This document shows, in pieces, positions 38,847 through 47,802 of a DNA stretch of 64,000 nt. The notes beneath the pieces were generated by a model that was given only the letters and a program-made list of their open reading frames with translations, was not told where the DNA came from and made no database searches. Numbering within the stretch: position 1 is the stretch's first letter; every line of letters starts with the position of its first letter. The position numbers were made by a program, and so were the translations under genes. Source of the stretch: Dehalococcoidia bacterium (lineage in GTDB: Bacteria; Chloroflexota; Dehalococcoidia; Lucifugimonadales; UBA3495); the NCBI GenBank assembly GCA_965207275.1, contig CBDBMH010000001.1, positions 970,444-1,034,443 on the forward strand, given 5' to 3'.

Positions 38847-39551
38847 CTACTCCCCCACTCCCAGGTAATTCTCCGCCATTTCGAAATTCAGCTTTCCGCG
38901 GGACATTACGGCGGCGCGGGTGGACCAGGCCAGGCCCAGTCCCACGTTGTGGGTGGTCATTACCACCGAGCGGCCCGAGGCCGTCCATTCCTCCAGCAGG
39001 CCGGCCAGGGCCGCAACGGACTCCTGGTCCAGGCCTGACTCGGGTTCGTCCAGCAGCAGCAGCGACGGGCGGTGGAGGATAGCCCGGGCGATGGCCAGGC
39101 GTTTCTGCATCCCGTGGGACAGGCTGCGCACCCGTCGGTCGGCCCGGTGGGACAGGCCCAGCCGCTCCAGGACTTCGGCAACCCGTGCCGGCAGGCCTTC
39201 GACGCTGTAGAGGCGGCCGTAAAAGGCCAGGTTCTCGCGGCAGGTGAGGTCGTCGTACAGGTAGCCACTGTGGGCCACCACGCCCACCTGCCGGCGGGCC
39301 GCCGCGGGCCGCCGACGCAGGTCGTAACCGGCAATACGGACAGCGCCTTCGTCGGGGCGGGCCTGACCGGCTAACGTGCGCAGCAGGGTTGTCTTGCCGG
39401 AGCCGTTGGCCCCGAACAGGGCCAGGAACTCGCCCCAGCCCAGGGACAGGTCCAGGTCCCACAGGACGGGCAGGTCGCCGAATCCCTTGCGAAGGCCGGT
39501 AACTTCTATGGCGTTGGCGATGCCGGACGGGCTGCCGCGGTTCGAGTCCAA
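38847..39551 (-). CDS. ABC transporter ATP-binding protein with no adjacent permease
   Basis: Walker A GANGSGKTT, signature-like LSHGMQKR, and Walker B LLLLDEP. TTG start as in the track. Confidence 0.8.
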   Translation of the reverse strand: MDSNRGSPSGIANAIEVTGLRKGFGDLPVLWDLDLSLGWGEFLALFGANGSGKTTLLRTLAGQARPDEGAVRIAGYDLRRRPAAARRQVGVVAHSGYLYDDLTCRENLAFYGRLYSVEGLPARVAEVLERLGLSHRADRRVRSLSHGMQKRLAIARAILHRPSLLLLDEPESGLDQESVAALAGLLEEWTASGRSVVMTTHNVGLGLAWSTRAAVMSRGKLNFEMAENYLGVGE

Positions 39552-39614
39552 TAGAGTGTCCTTTCACCAATCACCCAGCGTAGCCGCTAACATGGGCTGG
39601 GGTTTGGCGTTCCA

Positions 39615-39656
39615 GTTTTGACCCGTTTGCGGGCCGTTTTGGGCCGTTTTTGGGCC
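39615..39656 (-). repeat. 10/11-bp tandem array; reverse complement reads GGCCCAAAAAC GGCCCAAAAC GGCCCGCAAAC GGGTCAAAAC
   Basis: Read directly; same unit as 25580..25625 but on the opposite strand. Confidence 0.85.
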
Positions 39657-39682
39657 GGGTTTCAGCTTGGGAAAGAGCCGTC

Positions 39683-39730
39683 CAGATAGCAATTTTTTTA
39701 TTTCCGTGCCATTTTGGGCCATTTTGGGCC
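39683..39730 (-). repeat. Inverted homolog of the 25710..25761 block
   Basis: Reverse complement reads ggcccaaaatggcccaaaatggcacggaaataaaaaaattgctatctg. Confidence 0.85.
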
Positions 39731-40038
39731 GCTGCCGGTTTGCGGGGCCGAAATCGCCTTCCCGCCCCTGCCGGGATTGGGACTTGAACAGGCTGTGGAA
39801 AAGGCGCTTGAATGATTATGGTATTGAGTGGTCACCCAGGGTGGCAAGGGGGAGAGAGCATTTACTTTCCCAATCCAGACAAAGGGCTAAAGTGGCATAT
39901 ATGGCTTTGCCATGCGATGTATTCGGGAGTTTTCCGGGCCGGTCAGATATAATTTCGTAATCCCTAGCCTGGATTACAGTCATTCCGGAGAGAGGCCGCA
40001 ATCCCGCCGAGAGCCTACCGAGATTTCCACGAAGACAG

Positions 40039-40794
40039 TTGCCATTGTCAACTCCACGCAAGATTGCCATAGCCCTTCTGCTCGCCCTGGGCGTCCTGCT
40101 GGTCGCCGCATTCTTTCTGGTCTATTTCCGGGGGAATGATGCGGGCCAGGTGGAACTGACTTCCCCAGTTGATGAGGGTGGGGCCGGCGCCGCGTCCCGT
40201 AGTCCCGAAAATCCTGCAATAGAACCGACGCCACCACAGGTTACCTCAGAAGATGAGGTAACGGAATTGCGGGTATACGTGGCCGGCGCCGTGAAAAACC
40301 CGGGAGTGTACCCACTGGCGGCGGGGGACCGGCTGGTGGACGCGGTGGAGGCCGCCGACGGGGCCACGGAAGAAGCAGACCTGGAGGCCGTCAACCTGGC
40401 GATGCGGGTGGAGGATGAGGGGTATTACTACATCCCAGCCAGGTCGGCCGGGCCGGCATCCAATGTCGATGAGAAGGCCACAGTCGCTTTGCCACCCACC
40501 CCGCGATTTCCCCAAGCGGCGACAAACCGGCGCGCTTCCGGATCTCCTGGCGAGGCGGAAGAGTCCGGTGAAGAAGATGGCGAACCCGCCGCCCTGGTGG
40601 ACTTGAACACCGCCACCCAAGTCGAACTGGAGACGCTGCCCAGCATCGGGCCGGCACGGGCCAGGGCGATCATCGCCTACCGGCAGGAGAGCGGCCCTTT
40701 CGCCGCCGTCGATGAAATTACCGCGGTTTCGGGAATAGGGCAGGGCATTCTGGACAATCTCCAGGGTCTTATTACCGTGGGCGAGGCGCCTTAG
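40039..40794 (+). CDS. comEA: ComEA-family DNA-binding competence protein
   Basis: N-terminal TM, an SLBB-like segment VYVAGAVKNPGVYPL..GDRLVDAVEAA, and a C-terminal helix-hairpin-helix LNTATQVELETLPSIGPARARAIIAYR. Confidence 0.85.
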   Translation: MPLSTPRKIAIALLLALGVLLVAAFFLVYFRGNDAGQVELTSPVDEGGAGAASRSPENPAIEPTPPQVTSEDEVTELRVYVAGAVKNPGVYPLAAGDRLVDAVEAADGATEEADLEAVNLAMRVEDEGYYYIPARSAGPASNVDEKATVALPPTPRFPQAATNRRASGSPGEAEESGEEDGEPAALVDLNTATQVELETLPSIGPARARAIIAYRQESGPFAAVDEITAVSGIGQGILDNLQGLITVGEAP

Positions 40795-40862
40795 GTCGCC
40801 GGCGGACTTATCCCGAATCTTCCAGATAAATACTGCCGAATGACGAACTCAGGCCTGCCGGC

Positions 40863-43385
40863 ATGAAGCTGACGACACTGGCGGCGGCCTGGCTGGCGGG
40901 AATGGCCCTGGCCTATGGGTGGTACGAGGCCGACTCGATGCCCTTGCTGTTGCTGGTGGGAGTGGCGGCGGCGGTAGCATTGGCCTGCCGTTTGCTGGGG
41001 GTTGCCGCCTGGCCTGCCCTGATGGCGGCGGCTTGCCTGCTGGGGCTTTGGCGGTACGAAGTATGGCAAGCGGCTCCTCCGCCACTACTAACGGACCATG
41101 GGGGGAGTACCCACATCCGGGGCAGGGTTGAAAGCGACCCGGAGGCTACGGCCACCCGGATCAAGTTCACTCTACAGCTTACGGATATTGGGCGCCCCGG
41201 GGTTGGCGGCGAACCCGTCTGGCGGCCCAAAGATTCCAAAGCGCTGGTCTACGCCCATCCCCCGGCGGCGTTGGTGGGGCAAAGGGAGTTGCCGTACTTC
41301 CGGTACGGGGACCGGGTGGAACTGTCGGGTACACTACAGCAGCCCGAACCCATCGAGCGGTTCGACTACCCGGCCTACCTGGAGAGCCTGGGCATCTTCG
41401 GGATATTCTGGGCGCAGGACGCCGCCATCATTCCCGACACGGGGCCCGATACCGGGCCTGATACCGGGGGTGATGCCCTGGGTAGCCTTCGGGGCGCGGT
41501 GTTCGGCCTGCGCGGTAGCCTGGCCCGGGGCCTGGACAACTCCCTGCCGCCGACGGAAGGGGCGCTGGCCGAGGCCCTGCTGCTGGGGTTGCGAGGGCAA
41601 TTGCCCGATTCGGTGAGGGAAGACTTCCGGCAATCAGGCACGTCGCACCTGCTGGCCATTTCGGGTCTGCACCTGGGCATCCTGCTGCTGATGACGGTGG
41701 GTCTGTTGAACTGGGCGCTGGGCCGGCATACGTGTATTCCCGTGCTACTGGCCCTGGCAGCAGTGTGGCTGTACGTGCTGGTCAGCGGGGCGCCGGTGTC
41801 GGTGGTGCGAGCGGCGTTGATGGGCAGCGTATACCTGGCGGCGCTGGGCCTGGGTCGGCCCCGGGAGTCGCTGCTGCCGGCCCTGGCGCTGAGCGCGGTG
41901 GCGATGACCGCCACGGACCCGGGGGCGGCCTCCCGCATTTCCTTCCAGCTCAGCTTCGCGGCAATGGCAGGCATTGCGCTGGCCCTGCCCTGGCAGGAGG
42001 CCCTGTCCCGCAGCATTGCCGGGCGGTTTGAACGGACGGGCTGGCGGTGGGCGCCATTCGGCGGAACCGCAGCGGGGTGGCTGGCGTCGGGTGTCCTGAT
42101 TTCGGCGGCGGCCACTCTGGCCACCTTTCCCCTGGTGGCCCTGAATTTTGGGAGGCTGCCCCTGCTGGGAATACCGGCCACCGTCGTGGCAACGCCCCTG
42201 CTCCCCTTTGCCCTGGCTGGCGGGCTGGCGTCGGCGGCGGCGGGAATGGTCCATCCCACCCTGGGGCAACTGGTGGGTCTGCCCGCGTCGATGCCGTTGA
42301 TCGCGTTGATGGCGCTGGTGGACGCAGTACCCAAGTGGGCGGTGGAGCTGGATAGGGTGGATACCGGGTGGCTGTGGGCCTGGTACGGCGTGCTGCTGGG
42401 AACGCTGACGCTGGCGGACACGCGATGGTACCGGATTGGCGGGTTGCGGAGATTGAATCGAGTTTTGGGCGTGGGCGGAGGACCGACGCAAGCAAACACG
42501 GGAGTGGCGCAATCGGGGGCTTACCTGGCCCTGGGCGGAATAGGGCTGGCGCTGGCGGCAGCCTTGCTTCTCTTGCTAGCGGGGGTGTGGGACAGGGCCG
42601 ACGGCCGGCTGCACGTTTACTTTCTCGACGTGGGTCAGGGCGACGCCGTTTACATCGTTACCCCCACGGGGAAGCAGGCGCTGGTGGACGGCGGTCCGGA
42701 GTTTGGCGGCGCGGCGCGGGCTCTGTCCGAACGCCTGCCGCCCTGGGACCGCACCCTCGACCTGGTGGCGTCAACTCACCTGGACGTGGACCACAGCCGG
42801 GGCTTGCTGCAGGTTTTGGAACGGTACCAGACGGGGGCCGTAGTCGCGGGATTGCCCGACCCGGAGAGCCACCTGCACCCCCAGTGGCGAAAGGCGGTGG
42901 AGAGGGGGAACCACAGTCTGGTGCACCTGTCCTCAGGCCAGGAACTAACGCTGGACGAAGGTGTTACCCTGGCTGCGCTGCACCCGCCGGTCGTTCCATT
43001 GCGGGGGCCGGCGTGGGATTCCAACAACAACAGCCTGGTGCTGCGCCTTTCCTACGGCGAGATCAGCTTTCTGTTGACCGGGGATATTGAGGAGGAGGCC
43101 GAGCGTTACCTGGCCGGCACGGCGTCGGGCCTGGAGAGCGATGTTCTGAAGGCCGGGCACCACGGCAGCAGGTCTTCCACCACGGCGGCCTTCCTGCGGG
43201 CCGTCGATCCCCGTTGGGCCGTCATTTCCGCCGGGGCGGAAAACCAGTACGGGCACCCCCACGCCGACGTGGTTGACCGGCTGGAGGATACGGTGGGTGA
43301 AACCAATGTTTTCAGCACCGCCACTCAGGGTACGGTACACTTCACCACCGACGGCCAGCGGTTGTGGGTGGAGACGGAGCGGTGA
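40863..43385 (+). CDS. comEC: ComEC/Rec2 DNA internalization protein with C-terminal metallo-beta-lactamase domain
   Basis: Polytopic competence domain (GTSHLLAISGLHLG). The C-terminal region has VYFLDVGQGDA... and ...HLDVDH...GHHGS. Confidence 0.9.
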   Translation: MKLTTLAAAWLAGMALAYGWYEADSMPLLLLVGVAAAVALACRLLGVAAWPALMAAACLLGLWRYEVWQAAPPPLLTDHGGSTHIRGRVESDPEATATRIKFTLQLTDIGRPGVGGEPVWRPKDSKALVYAHPPAALVGQRELPYFRYGDRVELSGTLQQPEPIERFDYPAYLESLGIFGIFWAQDAAIIPDTGPDTGPDTGGDALGSLRGAVFGLRGSLARGLDNSLPPTEGALAEALLLGLRGQLPDSVREDFRQSGTSHLLAISGLHLGILLLMTVGLLNWALGRHTCIPVLLALAAVWLYVLVSGAPVSVVRAALMGSVYLAALGLGRPRESLLPALALSAVAMTATDPGAASRISFQLSFAAMAGIALALPWQEALSRSIAGRFERTGWRWAPFGGTAAGWLASGVLISAAATLATFPLVALNFGRLPLLGIPATVVATPLLPFALAGGLASAAAGMVHPTLGQLVGLPASMPLIALMALVDAVPKWAVELDRVDTGWLWAWYGVLLGTLTLADTRWYRIGGLRRLNRVLGVGGGPTQANTGVAQSGAYLALGGIGLALAAALLLLLAGVWDRADGRLHVYFLDVGQGDAVYIVTPTGKQALVDGGPEFGGAARALSERLPPWDRTLDLVASTHLDVDHSRGLLQVLERYQTGAVVAGLPDPESHLHPQWRKAVERGNHSLVHLSSGQELTLDEGVTLAALHPPVVPLRGPAWDSNNNSLVLRLSYGEISFLLTGDIEEEAERYLAGTASGLESDVLKAGHHGSRSSTTAAFLRAVDPRWAVISAGAENQYGHPHADVVDRLEDTVGETNVFSTATQGTVHFTTDGQRLWVETER

Positions 43386-43440
43386 TGATTCAAACCCGGT
43401 TTGAGTTAGTATAATTGGCAGCAAGCAACAAAGGGCACAG

Positions 43441-44184
43441 GTGAGTAATTTGGCAAGACTTGACGGACGGCGGTGGGACGAGCCCCGTCCCATTACCATA
43501 ACCCCGGGCTACCAGCGGTTCGCAGAGGGTTCGGCGCTGATTGAAACAGGGCTGACCCGGGTGCTGTGCGCCGCGTCGCTGGAGGAGCGGGTGCCCCCGT
43601 TCCTGCGAGGCCAGGGACGGGGATGGGTTACGGCCGAGTACAACATGCTTCCCCGCTCCACCAACACGCGCACCGCCCGGGACCGAGATGCGGGGAGAAT
43701 CAGCGGCCGTTCCCAGGAAATCCAGCGGCTCATCGGGCGCGCCCTGCGGTCGGTAACGGATATGGAGGCCCTGGGCGAGCGTACCGTTACAATCGACTGC
43801 GACGTGCTGCAGGCCGACGGGGGCACTCGCACCGCGTCCATTACCGGGGCCTACGTGGCCCTGCGCCAGGCGATGCAGGCGCTGGTGGACAACCGGGCGC
43901 TGCGCCGGGCGCCCCTGCACAGCGGGGTGGCAGCCGTGAGCGTGGGCCTTGTGGAGGGCGACCTGCTGCTGGACCTGTGCTACCAGGAGGACTTTGACGC
44001 GCAGGTTGACTTCAACGTGGTGATGACGGACCGGGGGCAACTGGTGGAATTGCAGGGAGCCACCGAGGGCGCACCTTTCCCCCGCCACCGGGCGGAGGAG
44101 GCGCTGGCCCTGGCGGCGAGGGGCATGGAACCGTTGTTCGCGGCGCAGAGAGCGGCGTTACGGGAGGCGGGGGTCAAGGGTTGA
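43441..44184 (+). CDS. rph: Ribonuclease PH
   Basis: RLDGRRWDEPRPI, GSALIETGLTRVLCAAS, and AEYNMLPRST. GTG start. Confidence 0.9.
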   Translation: MSNLARLDGRRWDEPRPITITPGYQRFAEGSALIETGLTRVLCAASLEERVPPFLRGQGRGWVTAEYNMLPRSTNTRTARDRDAGRISGRSQEIQRLIGRALRSVTDMEALGERTVTIDCDVLQADGGTRTASITGAYVALRQAMQALVDNRALRRAPLHSGVAAVSVGLVEGDLLLDLCYQEDFDAQVDFNVVMTDRGQLVELQGATEGAPFPRHRAEEALALAARGMEPLFAAQRAALREAGVKG

Positions 44185-44392
44185 CGATCATCGGTTTTAC
44201 CGGGTCCACGCCGTCTTCGAGGCAAGACTCCAGGTAAATGTCCACCGACAGGCAGAACTCCATGTAAAGCTGCTCTTCATTATCTGATTCGAAGGTTACT
44301 ATGGAGTAGGGCCCGGAGTTTGTTACATATCCGCAGTAGACCCTTTCGACATCGTCAAATTCTACTTCCGCTATGTATCCCTTGTATTCCAT
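44174..44392 (-). CDS. hicB: HicB-like antitoxin (N-terminal domain only)
   Basis: MEYKGYIAEVEFDDVERVYCGYV pattern. Overlaps the upstream hicA stop by 1 nt. Confidence 0.65.
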   Translation of the reverse strand: MEYKGYIAEVEFDDVERVYCGYVTNSGPYSIVTFESDNEEQLYMEFCLSVDIYLESCLEDGVDPVKPMIVNP

Positions 44393-44652
44393 CAGGGTGT
44401 AACTCCCAGGGCGACGAGAAAATCGCGCAGTTTCCGCACTGCCGGTCTAACCAGGTGTGGCCGCGGGTGGGGTCGATGCAGGACAACCCTTTCCCGGCCC
44501 TTCCGCACTAACACCCGCGACCCCGCGCGCTCCACGACTTCGATATCGAGCGCTGTCAGCAGCGATTCTACCTCCGCCCAGCGTATATCTGAGGGTGTCG
44601 GAGTCTCGGACATCCTTTCGAGTGTACGCCGGTGCCTTGAGCTTAAGTACAT
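44392..44652 (-). CDS. hicA: HicA-family toxin
   Basis: RTLE......P..IRW.EVESLL.AL....VERAGSRV......V.LHRPHP...V.P..VRKLRDFL pattern. Confidence 0.65.
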   Translation of the reverse strand: MYLSSRHRRTLERMSETPTPSDIRWAEVESLLTALDIEVVERAGSRVLVRKGRERVVLHRPHPRPHLVRPAVRKLRDFLVALGVTP

Positions 44653-44681
44653 TTTATACCGAAATGGGAGGGAGAGGGTTT

Positions 44682-47369
44682 TTACGTTGCTGACGGTTCT
44701 ACCTTCGCTCCTTCGCTGTCCAGCAGGACTACCGGCAGGTCCAGCTCGCGCAGGCCCGGCTCTACGGCGGAGCGATCGCCCACTACCAGGATGTTCAGGC
44801 CATCGGGATGCACTCTTTCGGCGCCTGCCCGCCTTACGTCGTCCAGGGCTATGGCGGTTACGCGGTCGCGATAGGTCTGGAAGTAGTCGTCGGGGAGGCC
44901 GTGCTGGAGCAGGTTGATTACCTGGGCCAGCACTTGCCCCGGCCGTTCAAAGCCGGCGGGGTAGCCCAGCATCATTCCCGCCCGGGCGGCTTCCAGTTCA
45001 TCGTCGGTTACGGGACGGTCGGCGTGAATGTCCTGGAACTCCTTGAGGGTTTCAACCACCGATTCCCTGGTAACGTCGGTCTGGACGCTGCCGCCGGCCA
45101 CCAGCAGGGAAGGTTCCCGGAACCAGGAAATGCCCGAGTGGAAACCGTAGCTGTAGCCCTTGTCCTGGCGCAGGTTCTGGTTCAGGCGGGCGGAAAACTG
45201 GCCGCCGAAGCAGAAGTTGAGCAGGGTCAGGGCCCCGTAGTCGTCGTGGCCTCGGGGGACGGTAACGTGGCCGGCGCGTATGACGGACTGGGCGGCGCCC
45301 GGCTTGTCCACCAGGTAGATGGTGGTGGACCGGGCCGCTAGATCTCCGTCTGCGGCCGAGGAGACAGGGGACGGAACTCCCGCGGGCGTGTCCGTCCAGT
45401 CGCCGAAGGTTTTCTCCGCCTGTTCCACCACATCGTCCAGGCTTACATCGCCCACCACCACCAGGTTTGCCCGAGAGGGGCTGAAGGTGGCGCGGAAGTG
45501 AGTTTCCAGGTCGGAACGGATGAAGGCCGCCACCGAGTCTTCGGTGCCAAGGGAGGGGTGGCCGTAGCGGGAGTCGGGGCCGAAAACCAGGCCGGGCATT
45601 ATCCGCTCCGCCACGAAGGTGGGGTCATCCTTGCCCCGGCGGATGTCGGTCAGGTGCTCCCGCCGCACCCGCTCAATTTCGTGCTCCGGGAAGGTCGGGT
45701 TGCGGGCCACGTCGGCCATCAGTTCCAGGGCCGTGCTCCAGTGCTTGCTCAGGGTCTCGGTGGACAGCAGGCTGACTTCCTTGCGGGTCTCGGTGGACAG
45801 GCGGGAACCGATGAACTCAAAGGCGTTGGCTACGTCCTGGCTGGAACGGGTGGTGGTGCCTTCGGGCAGCAGCTGGGTGGTAAAGGATGCCAGGCCGGGC
45901 AGGCCCACCGGGTCGGTGACGGCGCCGGCCTGCACCATGAGGGAGAAGGCGACGATGGGTACGCTTTTCTTTTCGACCACCGTTACCCGCAGGCCGTTGG
46001 CCAGGGTACGGTGGACGGGTACCGGGGGCGTGAATTCCGGTTCTTCGGCGGCGGGCGGCATTACGGTGCGGTCCAGGCCGTTGGTGGAGGCCGCCTGCAG
46101 GGGGTTTTCGGGCAGCACCCGCATCCGCACCTGCCGCTGGTCCAGCACCTGCCGGCCCACCCGCAGGATGTCTTCGGGTTCCACCGCCAGGTATTTTTCC
46201 AGGCCGGTGTTGATCATATTGGGGTCGCCGTAGAAGACGTTGTAGTGGTTAAGCACGTCAGCCCTCCCACCAAAGCCGCCGATACGGGCCAGTTGGCGGA
46301 AATGGGAGCTTTCCAGCCGGTTGCGGGCCCGCTGCAGCTCTTCGTCCGTGGGTCCTCCCCCGGCGGACCAAATGCGGGCGATCTCCGCATCGACGGCGGC
46401 CTCCACCTCGTCCAGGGAATGGCCGGCCGCCGCGGTAACGTCAACTATGAACTGGCCTGCAATCTCCGCCGAATAGTTGCGCACGCCTACGCTCTGGGCA
46501 ATCTGCTGGTCGTAAACCAGGGAGCGGTAGAGGCGGGAGCTTTGGCCGTCGGCCAGCACGGCCCGCAGCATTTCCAAAGCCCCTTCGTCCGGGTCGTTGT
46601 CGGGCAGGGAGGGCCAGACGATATAAAGGCGGGGCAGGGACACCCGGTCCCGCATTTCCAGTTCCACCCGGCCGGCCAAGCCCGAGTCGAAGCGGCCGAT
46701 GCGGCGCACCGCAGGGCCAGGCGACAGGTCGCCAAAGTAGCGGTTGACCAGCTCCAGGGTCTCATCCCGCCGGATGTCGCCGGCGATGGCCAGGCTGGCG
46801 TTGGAGGGAGAGTAGAACCGTCGGAAGAAGTCCTTGATGTCATCCAGGCTGGCGGCGTCCAGGTCTTCCTGGGAGCCGATGGTCATCCAGTGGTAGGGGT
46901 GGGGAAGGGGAAAGACGGCTTCCTGGATGTTCCACTGGGCCATTCCGTAGGGCCGGTTCTCGTAGCTCTGGCGGCGTTCGTTTTTCACCACGTCGCGCTG
47001 GACCTCGAACCGATTCTGGTCCAGGGCGTCCAGCAGGAAGCCCATGCGGTCCGATTCCAGCCACAGGGCCAGTTCCAGGTAGTTGGAAGGCACGTCTTCC
47101 CAGTAGTTGGTGCGGTCGGGGTTGGTGGAGCCGTTCAGGTTGGCTCCTACCTTCTGCAGGGGTTCAAAGTGGCTGCTGTTGTGGTGGCCGGAACCTTCGA
47201 ACATGACGTGCTCGAACAGGTGGGCAAAGCCGGTGCGGCCGGGTACTTCGTTCTTGGAGCCAACGTGGTACCAGACGTTGACCGATGCCAGCGGGATAGA
47301 ATGGTCTTCGTGGAGGATAACGTCCAAACCATTGGAGAGGGTGACCTTTTCGTAGGCGATGGAGACCAT
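44682..47369 (-). CDS. M16-family (insulinase-like) zinc peptidase, tandem double-unit form
   Basis: HxxEH zinc motif in FAHLFEHVMFEG. A second inactive M16 pair follows in the C-terminal half. ATG 47369 has a GGAG RBS. Confidence 0.9.
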   Translation of the reverse strand: MVSIAYEKVTLSNGLDVILHEDHSIPLASVNVWYHVGSKNEVPGRTGFAHLFEHVMFEGSGHHNSSHFEPLQKVGANLNGSTNPDRTNYWEDVPSNYLELALWLESDRMGFLLDALDQNRFEVQRDVVKNERRQSYENRPYGMAQWNIQEAVFPLPHPYHWMTIGSQEDLDAASLDDIKDFFRRFYSPSNASLAIAGDIRRDETLELVNRYFGDLSPGPAVRRIGRFDSGLAGRVELEMRDRVSLPRLYIVWPSLPDNDPDEGALEMLRAVLADGQSSRLYRSLVYDQQIAQSVGVRNYSAEIAGQFIVDVTAAAGHSLDEVEAAVDAEIARIWSAGGGPTDEELQRARNRLESSHFRQLARIGGFGGRADVLNHYNVFYGDPNMINTGLEKYLAVEPEDILRVGRQVLDQRQVRMRVLPENPLQAASTNGLDRTVMPPAAEEPEFTPPVPVHRTLANGLRVTVVEKKSVPIVAFSLMVQAGAVTDPVGLPGLASFTTQLLPEGTTTRSSQDVANAFEFIGSRLSTETRKEVSLLSTETLSKHWSTALELMADVARNPTFPEHEIERVRREHLTDIRRGKDDPTFVAERIMPGLVFGPDSRYGHPSLGTEDSVAAFIRSDLETHFRATFSPSRANLVVVGDVSLDDVVEQAEKTFGDWTDTPAGVPSPVSSAADGDLAARSTTIYLVDKPGAAQSVIRAGHVTVPRGHDDYGALTLLNFCFGGQFSARLNQNLRQDKGYSYGFHSGISWFREPSLLVAGGSVQTDVTRESVVETLKEFQDIHADRPVTDDELEAARAGMMLGYPAGFERPGQVLAQVINLLQHGLPDDYFQTYRDRVTAIALDDVRRAGAERVHPDGLNILVVGDRSAVEPGLRELDLPVVLLDSEGAKVEPSAT

Positions 47370-47408
47370 ACAAATACTCCGTTTCAATAAGCAGTTAGAG
47401 CCTGCCCA

Positions 47409-47417
47409 ATTCTAACA
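47409..47417 (-). promoter_or_regulatory. Extended -10 element TGTTAGAAT (minus strand) upstream of the M16 peptidase gene
   Basis: Reverse complement reads cTGtTAGAATtg, about 40 nt upstream of ATG 47369. Confidence 0.45.
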
Positions 47418-47565
47418 CAGGGGGATCGGTCCGCCCGGGCAGCGCCACATTGGTTGGGGGCAATCGCGCCTCAACCAAATGGGGCGCGAAGCCCTGCGGC
47501 CTGGCCCAGGAAAATTCTACCAAAGCATCGAACCGGCGCTCTTGAGGCGCTCTAGAGAATCAAAA

Positions 47566-47604
47566 CCTGGTATTTGGGCCTGGTATTTGGGCCTGGTATT
47601 TGGG
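47566..47604 (-). repeat. Perfect 13-nt tandem repeat x3 (cctggtatttggg); reverse complement contains the GGCCCAAAT core
   Basis: Three exact units read from the sequence. Confidence 0.9.
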
Positions 47605-47611
47605 AACGATT

Positions 47612-47676
47612 CCAGGCCTTTCGGCAAGCACAGGGGTCCGCCCGCCGTGGCGGACCCCTGGCGGGGGTGGCATGAC
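47612..47676 (-). repeat. Family-1-related fragment ending catgac, with hairpin ggtccgcc..ggcggacc
   Basis: cctttcggcaagc resembles the family-1 arm. ggcggacccctggcggg also occurs at 25518. Confidence 0.45.
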
Positions 47677-47750
47677 TCTTCCCTTCCGAATGTTGGCCGG
47701 CCATAGGACAAAGCTAGAATGGGAATGCGCTGGCTCCCAACGCTTCTTTC

Positions 47751-47779
47751 TTGAACGACTCCTTGAATTGATATATCAT
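47751..47779 (+). promoter_or_regulatory. Candidate promoter TTGAAC-N17-TATCAT for argF, overlapped by the 10-bp palindrome TGATATATCA (47769..47778)
   Basis: Hexamers and spacing read directly. The transcription start would give a leader of about 20 nt. Confidence 0.45.
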
Positions 47780-47802
47780 TGCGCCGCCGGAGAGAAGGAA
47801 TC

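Noticed and set aside
39536-39552. T-loop-like GGTTCGAGTCC string
   Set aside because: The flanks cannot form a T-stem, and it lies within the first codons of the ABC ATPase gene.
45498-47390. 630-aa plus-strand ORF
   Set aside because: It is fully antisense to the well-supported M16 peptidase. Composition is Gly/Ala/Val/Pro/His-rich with no recognisable motifs, typical of a shadow ORF in high-GC DNA.
47769-47778. TGATATATCA palindrome as an ArgR (ARG box) operator for argF
   Set aside because: I could not align it convincingly to the TGAAT-W4-ATTCA type consensus. It is kept only as a note on the candidate promoter.
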